DNA of 64,000 nucleotides from an uncultured Bacillales bacterium (GTDB lineage Bacteria; Bacillota_I; Bacilli_A; RF39; UBA660): NCBI GenBank assembly GCA_946623125.1, contig CAMOQR010000001.1, positions 2,178 to 66,177 of the forward strand, read 5' to 3'. Shown piece by piece: positions 40,107 to 48,920 of this stretch (position 1 is its first letter; each line of letters starts with the position of its first letter). The notes under the pieces were generated by a model. It saw only the letters and a program-made list of their open reading frames with translations, ran no database searches and was not told where the DNA came from. The position numbers and the translations under genes were made by a program.

Positions 40107-40772
40107 TTAATAATCTAAGTCAATCTTTTCATCCTCAATAAACTTAGAATATTCTTCATTTTCACTTCTTTTCACAACATCCATATAAGTTTCCTTACTA
40201 GAATCGGCTTTAAACAATGTATAATCTTCCTCTTTATAATCCAATACATTCTCACCAATCAAGCTTTGTAAAACAGCATCATGAAACTTTACAGATCGTA
40301 AAATATAACACATATTATTAATGGCATCTGTTAAATCATATTTAGAAACATATGCCTCAATTTTTACATAATTATAAACAAATTGAATAAAATACATATT
40401 CTCATCTTTATAATCATCTATTTGTAAGTATCCAGTTTTTTTATTATAATCAATTTTCTGTGAATAATGCACATCCTTATTAATTTCATAAGTATTTTCA
40501 ATCTTATGATAATAACTTATCGCATCTACATATAAATAATAAAGATTATTATTCTGATCCTTTAATAAGGCATTAAATTCGTCTTTCTTAACAAAAGAAA
40601 TTCCTTTCGGTAAATAATACTGATATCCATCATACTGAACATTATGCATATTAACCTTTTCGGAAAGCAAAATCTTAATGTTCTTACTAATATTCGTATC
40701 ATCTAATCGAGAAATACTACATCCAGTCACTAAAATCAAAACAATAGAGAGTAAAATTAAACGTCTTTTCAT
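40107..40772 (-). CDS. Lipoprotein (lipobox LVTGC)
   Basis: Signal peptide MKRRLILLSIVLILVTG|C. Confidence 0.55.
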   Translation of the reverse strand: MKRRLILLSIVLILVTGCSISRLDDTNISKNIKILLSEKVNMHNVQYDGYQYYLPKGISFVKKDEFNALLKDQNNNLYYLYVDAISYYHKIENTYEINKDVHYSQKIDYNKKTGYLQIDDYKDENMYFIQFVYNYVKIEAYVSKYDLTDAINNMCYILRSVKFHDAVLQSLIGENVLDYKEEDYTLFKADSSKETYMDVVKRSENEEYSKFIEDEKIDLDY

Positions 40773-40848
40773 ATTTCACCTACTCTCTATACATTATAAC
40801 ATTTTTTTTATAAATGTAAAAATGTTTTTATGGTAATTTATTGTTTTT

Positions 40849-41484
40849 TTATAATTTTGAACATTTAACATAATAAATTGGACAATTAGAGAAAGAAAAA
40901 CGATCTTCATATTCTGTAGTGATATCAGGCAAATTATCTTGATGTAAATCTAGACTAACCTCATCTAACTGATAACCGTACTGACTAAAACTAACTAAAG
41001 AAAAAGCAAATAAATCACGATTATCTGTTCGCATCTCTATTTCTTTTCTATCTCTAAAAATAGAATCATACTTTTCTAAAAAGATTTTACTAGATAATCT
41101 ACGATTATGATGTCTATTTTTAGGCCAGGGATCAGAAAAGTTTAAATAAATATGGTCTATTTCATGATCAAAAAACAAATCAATTGCATGAGCATCTCCT
41201 CGTATCATACATAAATTAGGTAAAGGAGAAGCCACTTTTAATAACGCTTTTGCAATAACACTATCATATTTTTCAATACCAATATAATTAATGTCTGGGT
41301 GTTTTAAAGCATTTTCAATAATAAACTTCCCTTTTCCCATACCAATTTCAATATAAATAGGATGTTGATTAGAAAAATAATCACACCATTTACCTTTATA
41401 GTTTTCAGGATCTCGAATCAAAAACGGAGAAGAATCCATAATTAACTCTTTATTTTTAACATTTCTAAGTCGCATAAAAATCAC
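40849..41484 (-). CDS. trmB: tRNA (guanine46-N7)-methyltransferase
   Basis: SAM-methyltransferase fold in the TrmB family. The likely start is the ATG at 41473-41475 (MRLRN), with RBS GGAGGTGA. Confidence 0.85.
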   Translation of the reverse strand: MIFMRLRNVKNKELIMDSSPFLIRDPENYKGKWCDYFSNQHPIYIEIGMGKGKFIIENALKHPDINYIGIEKYDSVIAKALLKVASPLPNLCMIRGDAHAIDLFFDHEIDHIYLNFSDPWPKNRHHNRRLSSKIFLEKYDSIFRDRKEIEMRTDNRDLFAFSLVSFSQYGYQLDEVSLDLHQDNLPDITTEYEDRFSFSNCPIYYVKCSKL

Positions 41485-41546
41485 CTCCTATATTTTATCA
41501 CAGAAACTATAAAAAAACATAAAATATAGGAGAAAGAAGGAATAAT

Positions 41547-41714
41547 ATGAATCAATTTCCTTATATATTACCAATACAAAATAATCAAATAATATTAGAT
41601 GAATTACTAAAAATGAAAGAACAACTTACCAGAATTGAAAATGCAATACAAGAACTAAATAAAAAAAAGGAAAAAAACTATCTAGAAAAAGATGATAATT
41701 ATTATATAATATAA
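41547..41714 (+). CDS. Unannotated small ORF (55 aa, coiled-coil-like), below the ORF-track cutoff
   Basis: ATG at 41547 with RBS GGAGAAAGAAGG. The sequence is MNQFPYILPIQNNQIILDELLKMKEQLTRIENAIQELNKKKEKNYLEKDDNYYII. Confidence 0.25.
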   Translation: MNQFPYILPIQNNQIILDELLKMKEQLTRIENAIQELNKKKEKNYLEKDDNYYII

Positions 41715-41772
41715 TTAGTAAGAAAAAATATAGATATGATATACTAATGAATGAAGGAAAAGAGGCTCAAGA

Positions 41773-43104
41773 ATGCTAAGACTTAAAAATATAGAAAAAG
41801 AATTATTTGATGAATATGTTAAAAATCACAATACAAAATCTCACTTTTTACAATCCTTATCATGGGGAGAGTTTTCTAAAATAAAGAAAAATTTAACTCC
41901 ATACTATTTAGGATTAGTAAATGAAGAAGAACAAATAGTAGGAGCCACTCTATTACTTGAAAAAAAATTACCAATGAATCTATGTTATTTCTACGCACCT
42001 CGTGGATTTGTAATTGATTATAAGAAAAAAGAAATTGTAAAAGAAATGACTCAAAAAATAATAGAATTTGCAAAAAAGAAAAAAGCAATATTTGTAAAAA
42101 TAGATCCAGATATTATAAAAACATCTTATAATTATCAAAATGAAGAAAAAGAAAATAAAGATTATCAAGAAATATTTAATACTATAAAATCATGTGGTTT
42201 TAAACATCAAGGATTTACAAAAAACTTTGAAACAATGCAACCAAGATATACATTTCGAATTGATTTAACACAAAGCATGGAAGAAATAGAAGAACATTTT
42301 TCAAAAACAACAAGACAAAGAATTGCAAAAGCACAAAAACTAAATACAGAAGTAATCATTGGTACAAAAAAAGATATCCCAGAGTTTTATCATTTAATGA
42401 CTCTAACAGAAACAAGAAAAGATTTTATATCATATAATGAAGATTATTATGAAACACTTTACGAAATATTTAATGGAAATAAAAATTCAAAAGCAACACT
42501 TTTCCTAGGAAAAATAAATATTACAAAAACAACAAATGCTCTTGAAAAAAATTTAAAAAATATTAACAATCAAATATCAATCTTACCAATAGATAATTTA
42601 AGTAAAAGTGCAAAAGCAAAACTAACAGAGTTAACAAAGCAAAAAGATAATATTATAAAAGAAATAGAAAAATACAAAGAAATCAAAAAAGAATATGGAA
42701 ATGAAATCACATTAAGTGCTCATATGATAATTGAATATGGAGATAAAGCCTGGGTTTTATATGCAGGAAATCACAACATACTAAGTGAAACTTATGTTAA
42801 TTATGGAACATACTACGAACATCTAAAATACTGTAAAGAAAAAGGTCTTAAAATCTATGATCAATTTGGAACAATAGGAGATTTATCAGAAAACAATCCA
42901 CGACTAGGACTTCATGAATTTAAGAAAAAATTTGGAGGAGATTATGTAGAATTTATAGGAGAATGGGACTATATAATAAACCCTATTATGTATTTTTCCT
43001 TTACAAAATTGGTTCCTCTTTATAGAAAATTAGTTAGAAAAAAAAGTAAAAAGAAATTACAAAATGAAGTAAAAGAAGCAAACAAAAAAGATCAACAAAA
43101 TTGA
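41773..43104 (+). CDS. FemAB-family aminoacyl-tRNA-dependent peptidoglycan peptidyltransferase (FemX/MurM-like)
   Basis: FemAB N- and C-domains separated by the characteristic coiled-coil insert; about 440 aa. Confidence 0.75.
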   Translation: MLRLKNIEKELFDEYVKNHNTKSHFLQSLSWGEFSKIKKNLTPYYLGLVNEEEQIVGATLLLEKKLPMNLCYFYAPRGFVIDYKKKEIVKEMTQKIIEFAKKKKAIFVKIDPDIIKTSYNYQNEEKENKDYQEIFNTIKSCGFKHQGFTKNFETMQPRYTFRIDLTQSMEEIEEHFSKTTRQRIAKAQKLNTEVIIGTKKDIPEFYHLMTLTETRKDFISYNEDYYETLYEIFNGNKNSKATLFLGKINITKTTNALEKNLKNINNQISILPIDNLSKSAKAKLTELTKQKDNIIKEIEKYKEIKKEYGNEITLSAHMIIEYGDKAWVLYAGNHNILSETYVNYGTYYEHLKYCKEKGLKIYDQFGTIGDLSENNPRLGLHEFKKKFGGDYVEFIGEWDYIINPIMYFSFTKLVPLYRKLVRKKSKKKLQNEVKEANKKDQQN

Positions 43105-43121
43105 TCTTTTTTATATTGCAA

Positions 43122-43421
43122 TTACACACCAGAAATAGTGTTTGTTGCTGCAGCATCTGCAGCCTCATTAGCAGCAGTAACATTATAAATATGAGTTTTC
43201 ATTGCTACAACCTGATTATAAAAAACCTCATAATTTTGACGAATAGTATTATAACGTTCATGAGCCTCTTCAGCACCAGCACTAGCCCAATTAGCACCAT
43301 ATAAATTATTCATAATACCATCAATATCATCAAAAATGCCTTGAATATTATTAGCGTTACCTAAAACAGCATCAGCCAAACTTCTAGCACCTTCATAATC
43401 TTTCTCTTCAAATTCATTCAT
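43122..43421 (-). CDS. WXG100-family (EsxA/YukE-like) small helical protein, W-x-S variant
   Basis: 99 aa with a central ...LYGANWASAGAEE... and a C-terminus ...TNTISGV (compare YukE ...NQIRG); no signal peptide. Confidence 0.55.
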   Translation of the reverse strand: MNEFEEKDYEGARSLADAVLGNANNIQGIFDDIDGIMNNLYGANWASAGAEEAHERYNTIRQNYEVFYNQVVAMKTHIYNVTAANEAADAAATNTISGV

Positions 43422-43435
43422 GATACGATTCCTCC

Positions 43436-43735
43436 CTAAAATAAATGTGCACCAGCACTAGCATTTTCTTCTTCAGTACGATTTAAAATATCAGCACCTT
43501 TAGTAATAGCATCACCTAAATCATTCAAAAGAACACGAAAAGCATCCAAATTTTTAGCCTGCTCTTGATAAGAATTTAAAAACTCTCGAGCAGAAAGACC
43601 CTTCCAGATATTCATCAAACTATCAATATTATTTCTCAAACTTGATAATTCATTTTGTAGATATTCACTATTCATAACAGTATCTCTACCATTTGAACTC
43701 ATACCACCTGTATTTGCTTGTAATCCTGTAGACAT
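43436..43735 (-). CDS. WXG100-family protein (canonical WKG)
   Basis: 99 aa with a central NIWKGLSAREF in a helix-turn-helix layout. Confidence 0.65.
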   Translation of the reverse strand: MSTGLQANTGGMSSNGRDTVMNSEYLQNELSSLRNNIDSLMNIWKGLSAREFLNSYQEQAKNLDAFRVLLNDLGDAITKGADILNRTEEENASAGAHLF

Positions 43736-43818
43736 ATTACAACCTCCATTCTAAATAAATTATAACATCATTTTATAAAAAACAATAGAAACTAAGAATA
43801 AAATGACAACAATTTACA

Positions 43819-44106
43819 TTAAATACTTTGACTAGATAAAGAATCTTCCAAATCTTGAATACTCTTAGATGCTAACTTAATAAACTCACCAAACTGAATC
43901 ATATAATCTGCTTTTTTTATAATTTCATCCTTCTTTGAAGTACTTTGAGACACAAAAGAATCCTTAGCAGAACCATTCCAACCAGAAAGATTACTACTGA
44001 TTACAGAAGAATAATTTGCAGTAGCAGTTTTTAAGTCATTTCCTTTTTCAATTAATTCTTGACCTACACTTGAAACAACATCAAAGTCACATATATATTT
44101 TGCCAT
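43819..44106 (-). CDS. Small LXG/WXG-like helical protein, paralogous to the N-terminus of the upstream hydrolase
   Basis: SNLSGWNGSAKDSF matches the LXG-domain segment of B. subtilis YeeF (SEFSGKGASNIKAF, recalled from memory). DFDVVSSV...NLSG aligns with MAVFLLDTDTVSSV...NLSG of the 418-aa protein. Confidence 0.5.
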   Translation of the reverse strand: MAKYICDFDVVSSVGQELIEKGNDLKTATANYSSVISSNLSGWNGSAKDSFVSQSTSKKDEIIKKADYMIQFGEFIKLASKSIQDLEDSLSSQSI

Positions 44107-44125
44107 AAAACACCATCCTTTTTAT

Positions 44126-45382
44126 TTAGGCTCCTACATAACGTAGAACACCATCCCAAGAACCATGATAATTTCTCACCGTTATCTCTTGTCCCGTTAA
44201 ATCTGCAGGAGAATTATCACGAGTACCTGCAGCAGCAACAAGTTTTCCATCTCCAATATACATCTCTGTATGATGATTTTCTCTTAAAACAACATCTCCA
44301 GGGAGCAAATCGTTAACATTAGGATTCCCTGGAATCCAAACAAAACCAACCTTAGTAAAAGTAGAACGCATATTATGAGTTGTGTTAGCACCAGCAGCCT
44401 TAACCGGTATTCCAGCAGATTCAAATGCTGAAATAACAAAAGAAGAGCAATCATAACTAGGACTTCCCCAACGTGATGCCTGAGAGTATCCATGAGAATT
44501 ATCATTGGCAATATTAATCGCCCAATCAATAGCATTATTAATAATAGAACTAACTGTATAACGATGATTAGCACCAATATTTTGAATCTTTACAATACGA
44601 TCCGAAATATTATTTGTAATATTCTCGTCATTGTTTTCATCATAATCTTCATTAACAAAGAACCTAATTTCTTCTCTATCTCCATCCGTAGTTTGACCAA
44701 TAATACATTTAATCTCTGTACCATCATCAAGAGTAAAGACAATAACATCTCCAACCTTACCTAAAGATTCATGACAAGAAATAACAAACATTCCCCCAAT
44801 TTCTGCAATACCAAGTGCACCATATTTAAAATCTTTGTGATTAACGATTTCCTTACCTTGAGCTGATAAAGATGCAACGGAGGTTAAGATAGAACCAAAA
44901 ACTGGATTTTCAAGTTGAATATCAACAGGCTCTCTTTTATAAGTAGACGCGGCAACTGTAGAACCAGCAGATGCAACTGCACCACCACCAGCAGCAACAG
45001 GAGCAGCAGAAGCATAAGAAGCACCACCACCACCAGAAGATGCAGAATAAGTTCCACTTGAAGAAAATCCTCCAGCAGAATCATATACACTACCAGAACC
45101 AGAATTTGCTCTTTCTTGAGCAGCACCAAATCTCAAATCATTTTGCAAAGACATATGAGATACCACAACATCATTAATAATAGTTGCCGTATTCGAAATC
45201 TTAATAGAACAAGCCTCTAAATTGGCTGCTATAACAGATTTTGCTGAAGAAAAATCAAAATCAGTACAACTTGTATCATATCCATTAACAGTTCCAGATA
45301 AATTTGAAATCTTAGAAGCCAAAGTAGAAAAAGTAGATTGGACAGATGAAACAGTATCCGTATCTAATAAAAAAACAGCCAT
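44126..45382 (-). CDS. LXG/WXG-like N-terminal domain, Gly/Ser/Ala linker, unknown middle domain and C-terminal NlpC/P60 cell-wall endopeptidase
   Basis: C-terminal NlpC/P60 Cys and His motifs (YDCSSFVISAFESAGIP; LLPGDVVLRENHHTEMYIGDGKLV). N-terminal 90 aa with NLSG. The linker is SGSGSVYDSAGGFSSSGTYSASSGGGGASYASAAPVAAGGGAVASAGS. There is no signal peptide. RBS GGAGGTAA. Confidence 0.6.
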   Translation of the reverse strand: MAVFLLDTDTVSSVQSTFSTLASKISNLSGTVNGYDTSCTDFDFSSAKSVIAANLEACSIKISNTATIINDVVVSHMSLQNDLRFGAAQERANSGSGSVYDSAGGFSSSGTYSASSGGGGASYASAAPVAAGGGAVASAGSTVAASTYKREPVDIQLENPVFGSILTSVASLSAQGKEIVNHKDFKYGALGIAEIGGMFVISCHESLGKVGDVIVFTLDDGTEIKCIIGQTTDGDREEIRFFVNEDYDENNDENITNNISDRIVKIQNIGANHRYTVSSIINNAIDWAINIANDNSHGYSQASRWGSPSYDCSSFVISAFESAGIPVKAAGANTTHNMRSTFTKVGFVWIPGNPNVNDLLPGDVVLRENHHTEMYIGDGKLVAAAGTRDNSPADLTGQEITVRNYHGSWDGVLRYVGA

Positions 45383-45484
45383 AAGATTACCTCCATATTA
45401 TATATACTATATTTATCTACCATAATTTTATCATTACAAAAATATATTAACAATGAATTTTATGAATTTTAAAGGATTTGACAT

Positions 45485-47137
45485 TTATTTTTTCATAAAA
45501 ATATTCATAATACTTTTAAAAAAACGATCTCCAAATATTTTCTTAGTAAGGCCTGTACGATAAGCATAATAAAAATAAACCAAAGCACCAAACAAAGCAT
45601 AAATTAATATCAAAATAATATTTATAAAACGATTCATAGATACAATTGGAATAATAATTTTAAGAAGATTTAAAACTAAAATCATTAAGAATGAACCACA
45701 TAAAATATCAATAAAATGATTTAGTACAGATTCAAAATGAATATGATACTTACGAGATAAAATTACAAAACAGATTATAATAGAAAAAACATATCCAACT
45801 AAAGTAGTGGTAATAAAGCCATAATAAGGAGGAAGACCAATACTAATAAAAATATTTAAAAATCTTATATTAAACATAATTTTAAAAAGAACACCAAACA
45901 TCAAAGAAAGAAATACCCATAAATAATCCTTTAACACCTGTATAATAGTAATTAAAACCATAAACAAAGAAACAACAAGTCCAACAAAAATATAATAACT
46001 TAAAACACTTGGTCCATATACACTATTACCATAAAACAAAGTCCAAATTGGTTTGGCTAAAAAAGAAATACCAAAAGTAATAGGAATACAAATATATAAC
46101 AACATATCAATAGATAAACATATTTTATTTTGTATCAAATCATTTTTTTTCTTAATAAGACCTTCACTAAGATTAGGTATTAAACCAACAATAATACCAG
46201 AAGAAACTGACAATACAATCATGTTAAATTTTAAAGACCAAGTAGAAAGCATACTATAAATTCCTTCCGCCATAGAAGTATCATAACCTGCATATTTTAC
46301 AAGACCACGAACAACAGTAAACATATCCGTATAATTATAAAGAGATTTTAAAAGATCAATCATTAAAAAAGGAAAAGCATAGACAAATATTTTTTTAAGA
46401 ATCACTTTATTCTTAACAATAGGCTCATTAACATCCCTAACTTTTTCTAAAAACCTAGATTTATTCTTTTGATACTTAAAGAACAAATAAAGATAAGATA
46501 CCAAAGCACCAACAACAGCACCAAATAAGGCAATAGAAACAATTAATCGAATATTACTTGGAAAAAAATAAGAGATAACAAAACAACCGATAAGAATCAT
46601 CATAACACGAACAAATTGCTCCAAAACCTGAGAAATAGAAGGCGGACTCATAAATCGATGTCCTTCAAAATAGCCACGATAAACACTTAAAATAGGAGAT
46701 ATTAAAAATACAAAACTAATAATTCGAATAACAAATGTAACATCACGAATATGAGAAGGAGAAACATCCTTTAAAAAAATCAATTTAGAAATAATAGGAG
46801 CAAAAAGAAAAACAATGAAAAAACATAAAAAACCAAACAAAAAAGAAAAAACTTTTCCCAAATAAAAGGCTCTATTCTTAACACGATAATAACCTAATGC
46901 TTGATATTCAGAAGTTAGTTTACTAATTGCAAAAGGAAGTCCAGATGCAGCAAAGGAAATAAAGAAAAGATAAACCGTATAAGCATATCCATATAAAGCG
47001 CCACCCACATCACCAATAATATGATAAAAAGGAATTACATAAAGAACTCCTAAAAGTTTTGTTAAAAGAATTCCAAATGTAGAAATAAAAGTACCTTTCA
47101 CAAAAGTATTTTTACGCATAGTAAGATCTTTCTTCAT
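45485..47137 (-). CDS. MOP-superfamily flippase (SpoVB / polysaccharide-biosynthesis / MurJ-like)
   Basis: About 14 predicted TM segments, and an N-terminal region typical of Wzx/SpoVB polysaccharide-biosynthesis proteins. Confidence 0.6.
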   Translation of the reverse strand: MKKDLTMRKNTFVKGTFISTFGILLTKLLGVLYVIPFYHIIGDVGGALYGYAYTVYLFFISFAASGLPFAISKLTSEYQALGYYRVKNRAFYLGKVFSFLFGFLCFFIVFLFAPIISKLIFLKDVSPSHIRDVTFVIRIISFVFLISPILSVYRGYFEGHRFMSPPSISQVLEQFVRVMMILIGCFVISYFFPSNIRLIVSIALFGAVVGALVSYLYLFFKYQKNKSRFLEKVRDVNEPIVKNKVILKKIFVYAFPFLMIDLLKSLYNYTDMFTVVRGLVKYAGYDTSMAEGIYSMLSTWSLKFNMIVLSVSSGIIVGLIPNLSEGLIKKKNDLIQNKICLSIDMLLYICIPITFGISFLAKPIWTLFYGNSVYGPSVLSYYIFVGLVVSLFMVLITIIQVLKDYLWVFLSLMFGVLFKIMFNIRFLNIFISIGLPPYYGFITTTLVGYVFSIIICFVILSRKYHIHFESVLNHFIDILCGSFLMILVLNLLKIIIPIVSMNRFINIILILIYALFGALVYFYYAYRTGLTKKIFGDRFFKSIMNIFMKK

Positions 47138-47194
47138 AAATACCTCCCATTATTAATAGTATACCATAAAAAAATCCTTTCATAATAGAAAGGA

Positions 47195-48628
47195 TTATCT
47201 CCATGGATTACTAGAATCATCATCAGTAGGATCCCATCCACGATTTGAATTATTGCCATCAATGTAAATGGTATCCGGTTTAGATATACCATTTGGCAAA
47301 TCTCCATCAAAAATATGAACAGGAGTACCATTTGGACAATTATTAAAAATCCACTTAGCATCACGAACCGTTAAACGCACACACCCCATTGAGGCTTGGG
47401 TACCAAGCTTATTATACTCTTCCCATTCTAAAGCAGCCTTATCTCTACTAAAATAAGGTACAGAATGAAACAAAATATCACTAACAATACGAGTCGTATA
47501 TTGTCCCCAAACGCCACCATAAAGAGCACCCCATACTCCACCTCTAGTAGTAGAAAAATCCCCAGTTGGAGTATTATTATTACGTCCAGTAGAACAAGTA
47601 AAAACCTGAACTACATTAGAATAATTTCCAGAAGAATCAAGTCCATAAACAATAACAACATTTTGATTACGAATAACATCAATAGAATAAGGTTTTTTAG
47701 GTCTTTCAATCACATGAATCGTAAAAGATGCATCACTTTTATTACCACTTTGATCCTTTGCAGAAATTCGAATAGGATAATCCCCTATTTGATTAGAATC
47801 AAAACTTCCATCAATACTACATTCAACATCCCCATCAACATCATCACGACAAGAGATATGTTCTTCAATATTGTAATCACCATATAAATATAAAGTAGCA
47901 TCTTCAACAGCAATATTCGGCCCCTTATCATCCTTTATTAAAGAATAAGAACACTTATCAGAATAATTACCCATCTTTAATTGAGAAAAATCATCAAAAG
48001 ATTTTCTTTTCGTAAACTCAACCTTTTTTGATGAAATATGCCAATCCCCTAAATGTTGAGATAAATAATCTAATATTTCATAATCTGATTGGATTCCTAA
48101 TAATGAACGATCTAAACTCTTTAAATATTTTTCAGAACCCTTTTTATCAAAAAAAGATAAAATATAAGAACAATTCTTTTTATCCTTCTTCTTACAATAA
48201 GGATAATTAAGAAAAGAATCTAATAAATCACCAACAGAAATCTTTTTAGAAGATAAAAGATCCTTTTTATTTTTTAAAGATTCTAAAGAAGATGATATAG
48301 ACTCTTCATTCATATTAGAAACCAAAAACATATTCTTATATTCTTTATCAGATAAAATAGAATCTATTTCAGAATAAGATTCAATAAAATCTTTAAAAGA
48401 TTGATTCAATTCTTTTTCTAAAGAAGCATGTCTAGAAGAAACATTCTTATAAACAATTTTTTTCGTGTAAGAAACACTTTTTTTACCAGACATTAAAGAA
48501 TTAATAGAAATCATTTTCTTTTTTAATAGATAAACCTCATATTTATCCTGAATAAAAGGTATTAAAAAAAAAGCACAAAGAATACTGAAAAAAATGAGGC
48601 ATAAAAGAAGAATCTTTTTTTTAGACAT
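47195..48628 (-). CDS. L,D-transpeptidase (YkuD domain) with an Ig-like domain and N-terminal TM
   Basis: C-terminal catalytic motif HSVP...SMGCVRL (His/Cys of YkuD); a middle Ig-like domain; N-terminal anchor. Confidence 0.65.
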   Translation of the reverse strand: MSKKKILLLCLIFFSILCAFFLIPFIQDKYEVYLLKKKMISINSLMSGKKSVSYTKKIVYKNVSSRHASLEKELNQSFKDFIESYSEIDSILSDKEYKNMFLVSNMNEESISSSLESLKNKKDLLSSKKISVGDLLDSFLNYPYCKKKDKKNCSYILSFFDKKGSEKYLKSLDRSLLGIQSDYEILDYLSQHLGDWHISSKKVEFTKRKSFDDFSQLKMGNYSDKCSYSLIKDDKGPNIAVEDATLYLYGDYNIEEHISCRDDVDGDVECSIDGSFDSNQIGDYPIRISAKDQSGNKSDASFTIHVIERPKKPYSIDVIRNQNVVIVYGLDSSGNYSNVVQVFTCSTGRNNNTPTGDFSTTRGGVWGALYGGVWGQYTTRIVSDILFHSVPYFSRDKAALEWEEYNKLGTQASMGCVRLTVRDAKWIFNNCPNGTPVHIFDGDLPNGISKPDTIYIDGNNSNRGWDPTDDDSSNPWR

Positions 48629-48667
48629 AAAATCACCTTTTGCCTCATTATATCATGAAGCAAAAAT

Positions 48668-48883
48668 TTATGAAATACTATCCTCATATAAAATCATAGC
48701 AGAAAAACAAAATATCTGTTCCTCACTAAAAACAGATACCCCAACTTGAAATTTAATATCAATAATCTTAATATTACCCTTTAAAAAAGAATTGATATCT
48801 TCTTCTAAATCAAGTTCATCTTCCTCATCAAAGATTTTAACCTTCATTGTATCACCAATAAAACTATACAATATTTTTTCCAC
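48668..48883 (-). CDS. Cse60-like small sporulation protein (putative)
   Basis: VKIFDEEDELDLEEDINSFL...IIDIKFQV...EEQIFCFSAMILYED resembles the Cse60 family pattern, recalled from memory. Confidence 0.35.
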   Translation of the reverse strand: MEKILYSFIGDTMKVKIFDEEDELDLEEDINSFLKGNIKIIDIKFQVGVSVFSEEQIFCFSAMILYEDSIS

Positions 48884-48920
48884 AAAAAATGTTGAAAAAA
48901 AAAGAAGATATCTTCTTTTT

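Noticed and set aside
44284-45177. Four overlapping ORFs (44284-44577, 44492-44764, 44884-45129, 44971-45177) encoding poly-Leu/His/Gln peptides inside the hydrolase gene.
   Set aside because: They are alternative-frame readings of the Gly/Ser/Ala-rich linker and flanking coding sequence of the 418-aa protein, and are not independent genes.
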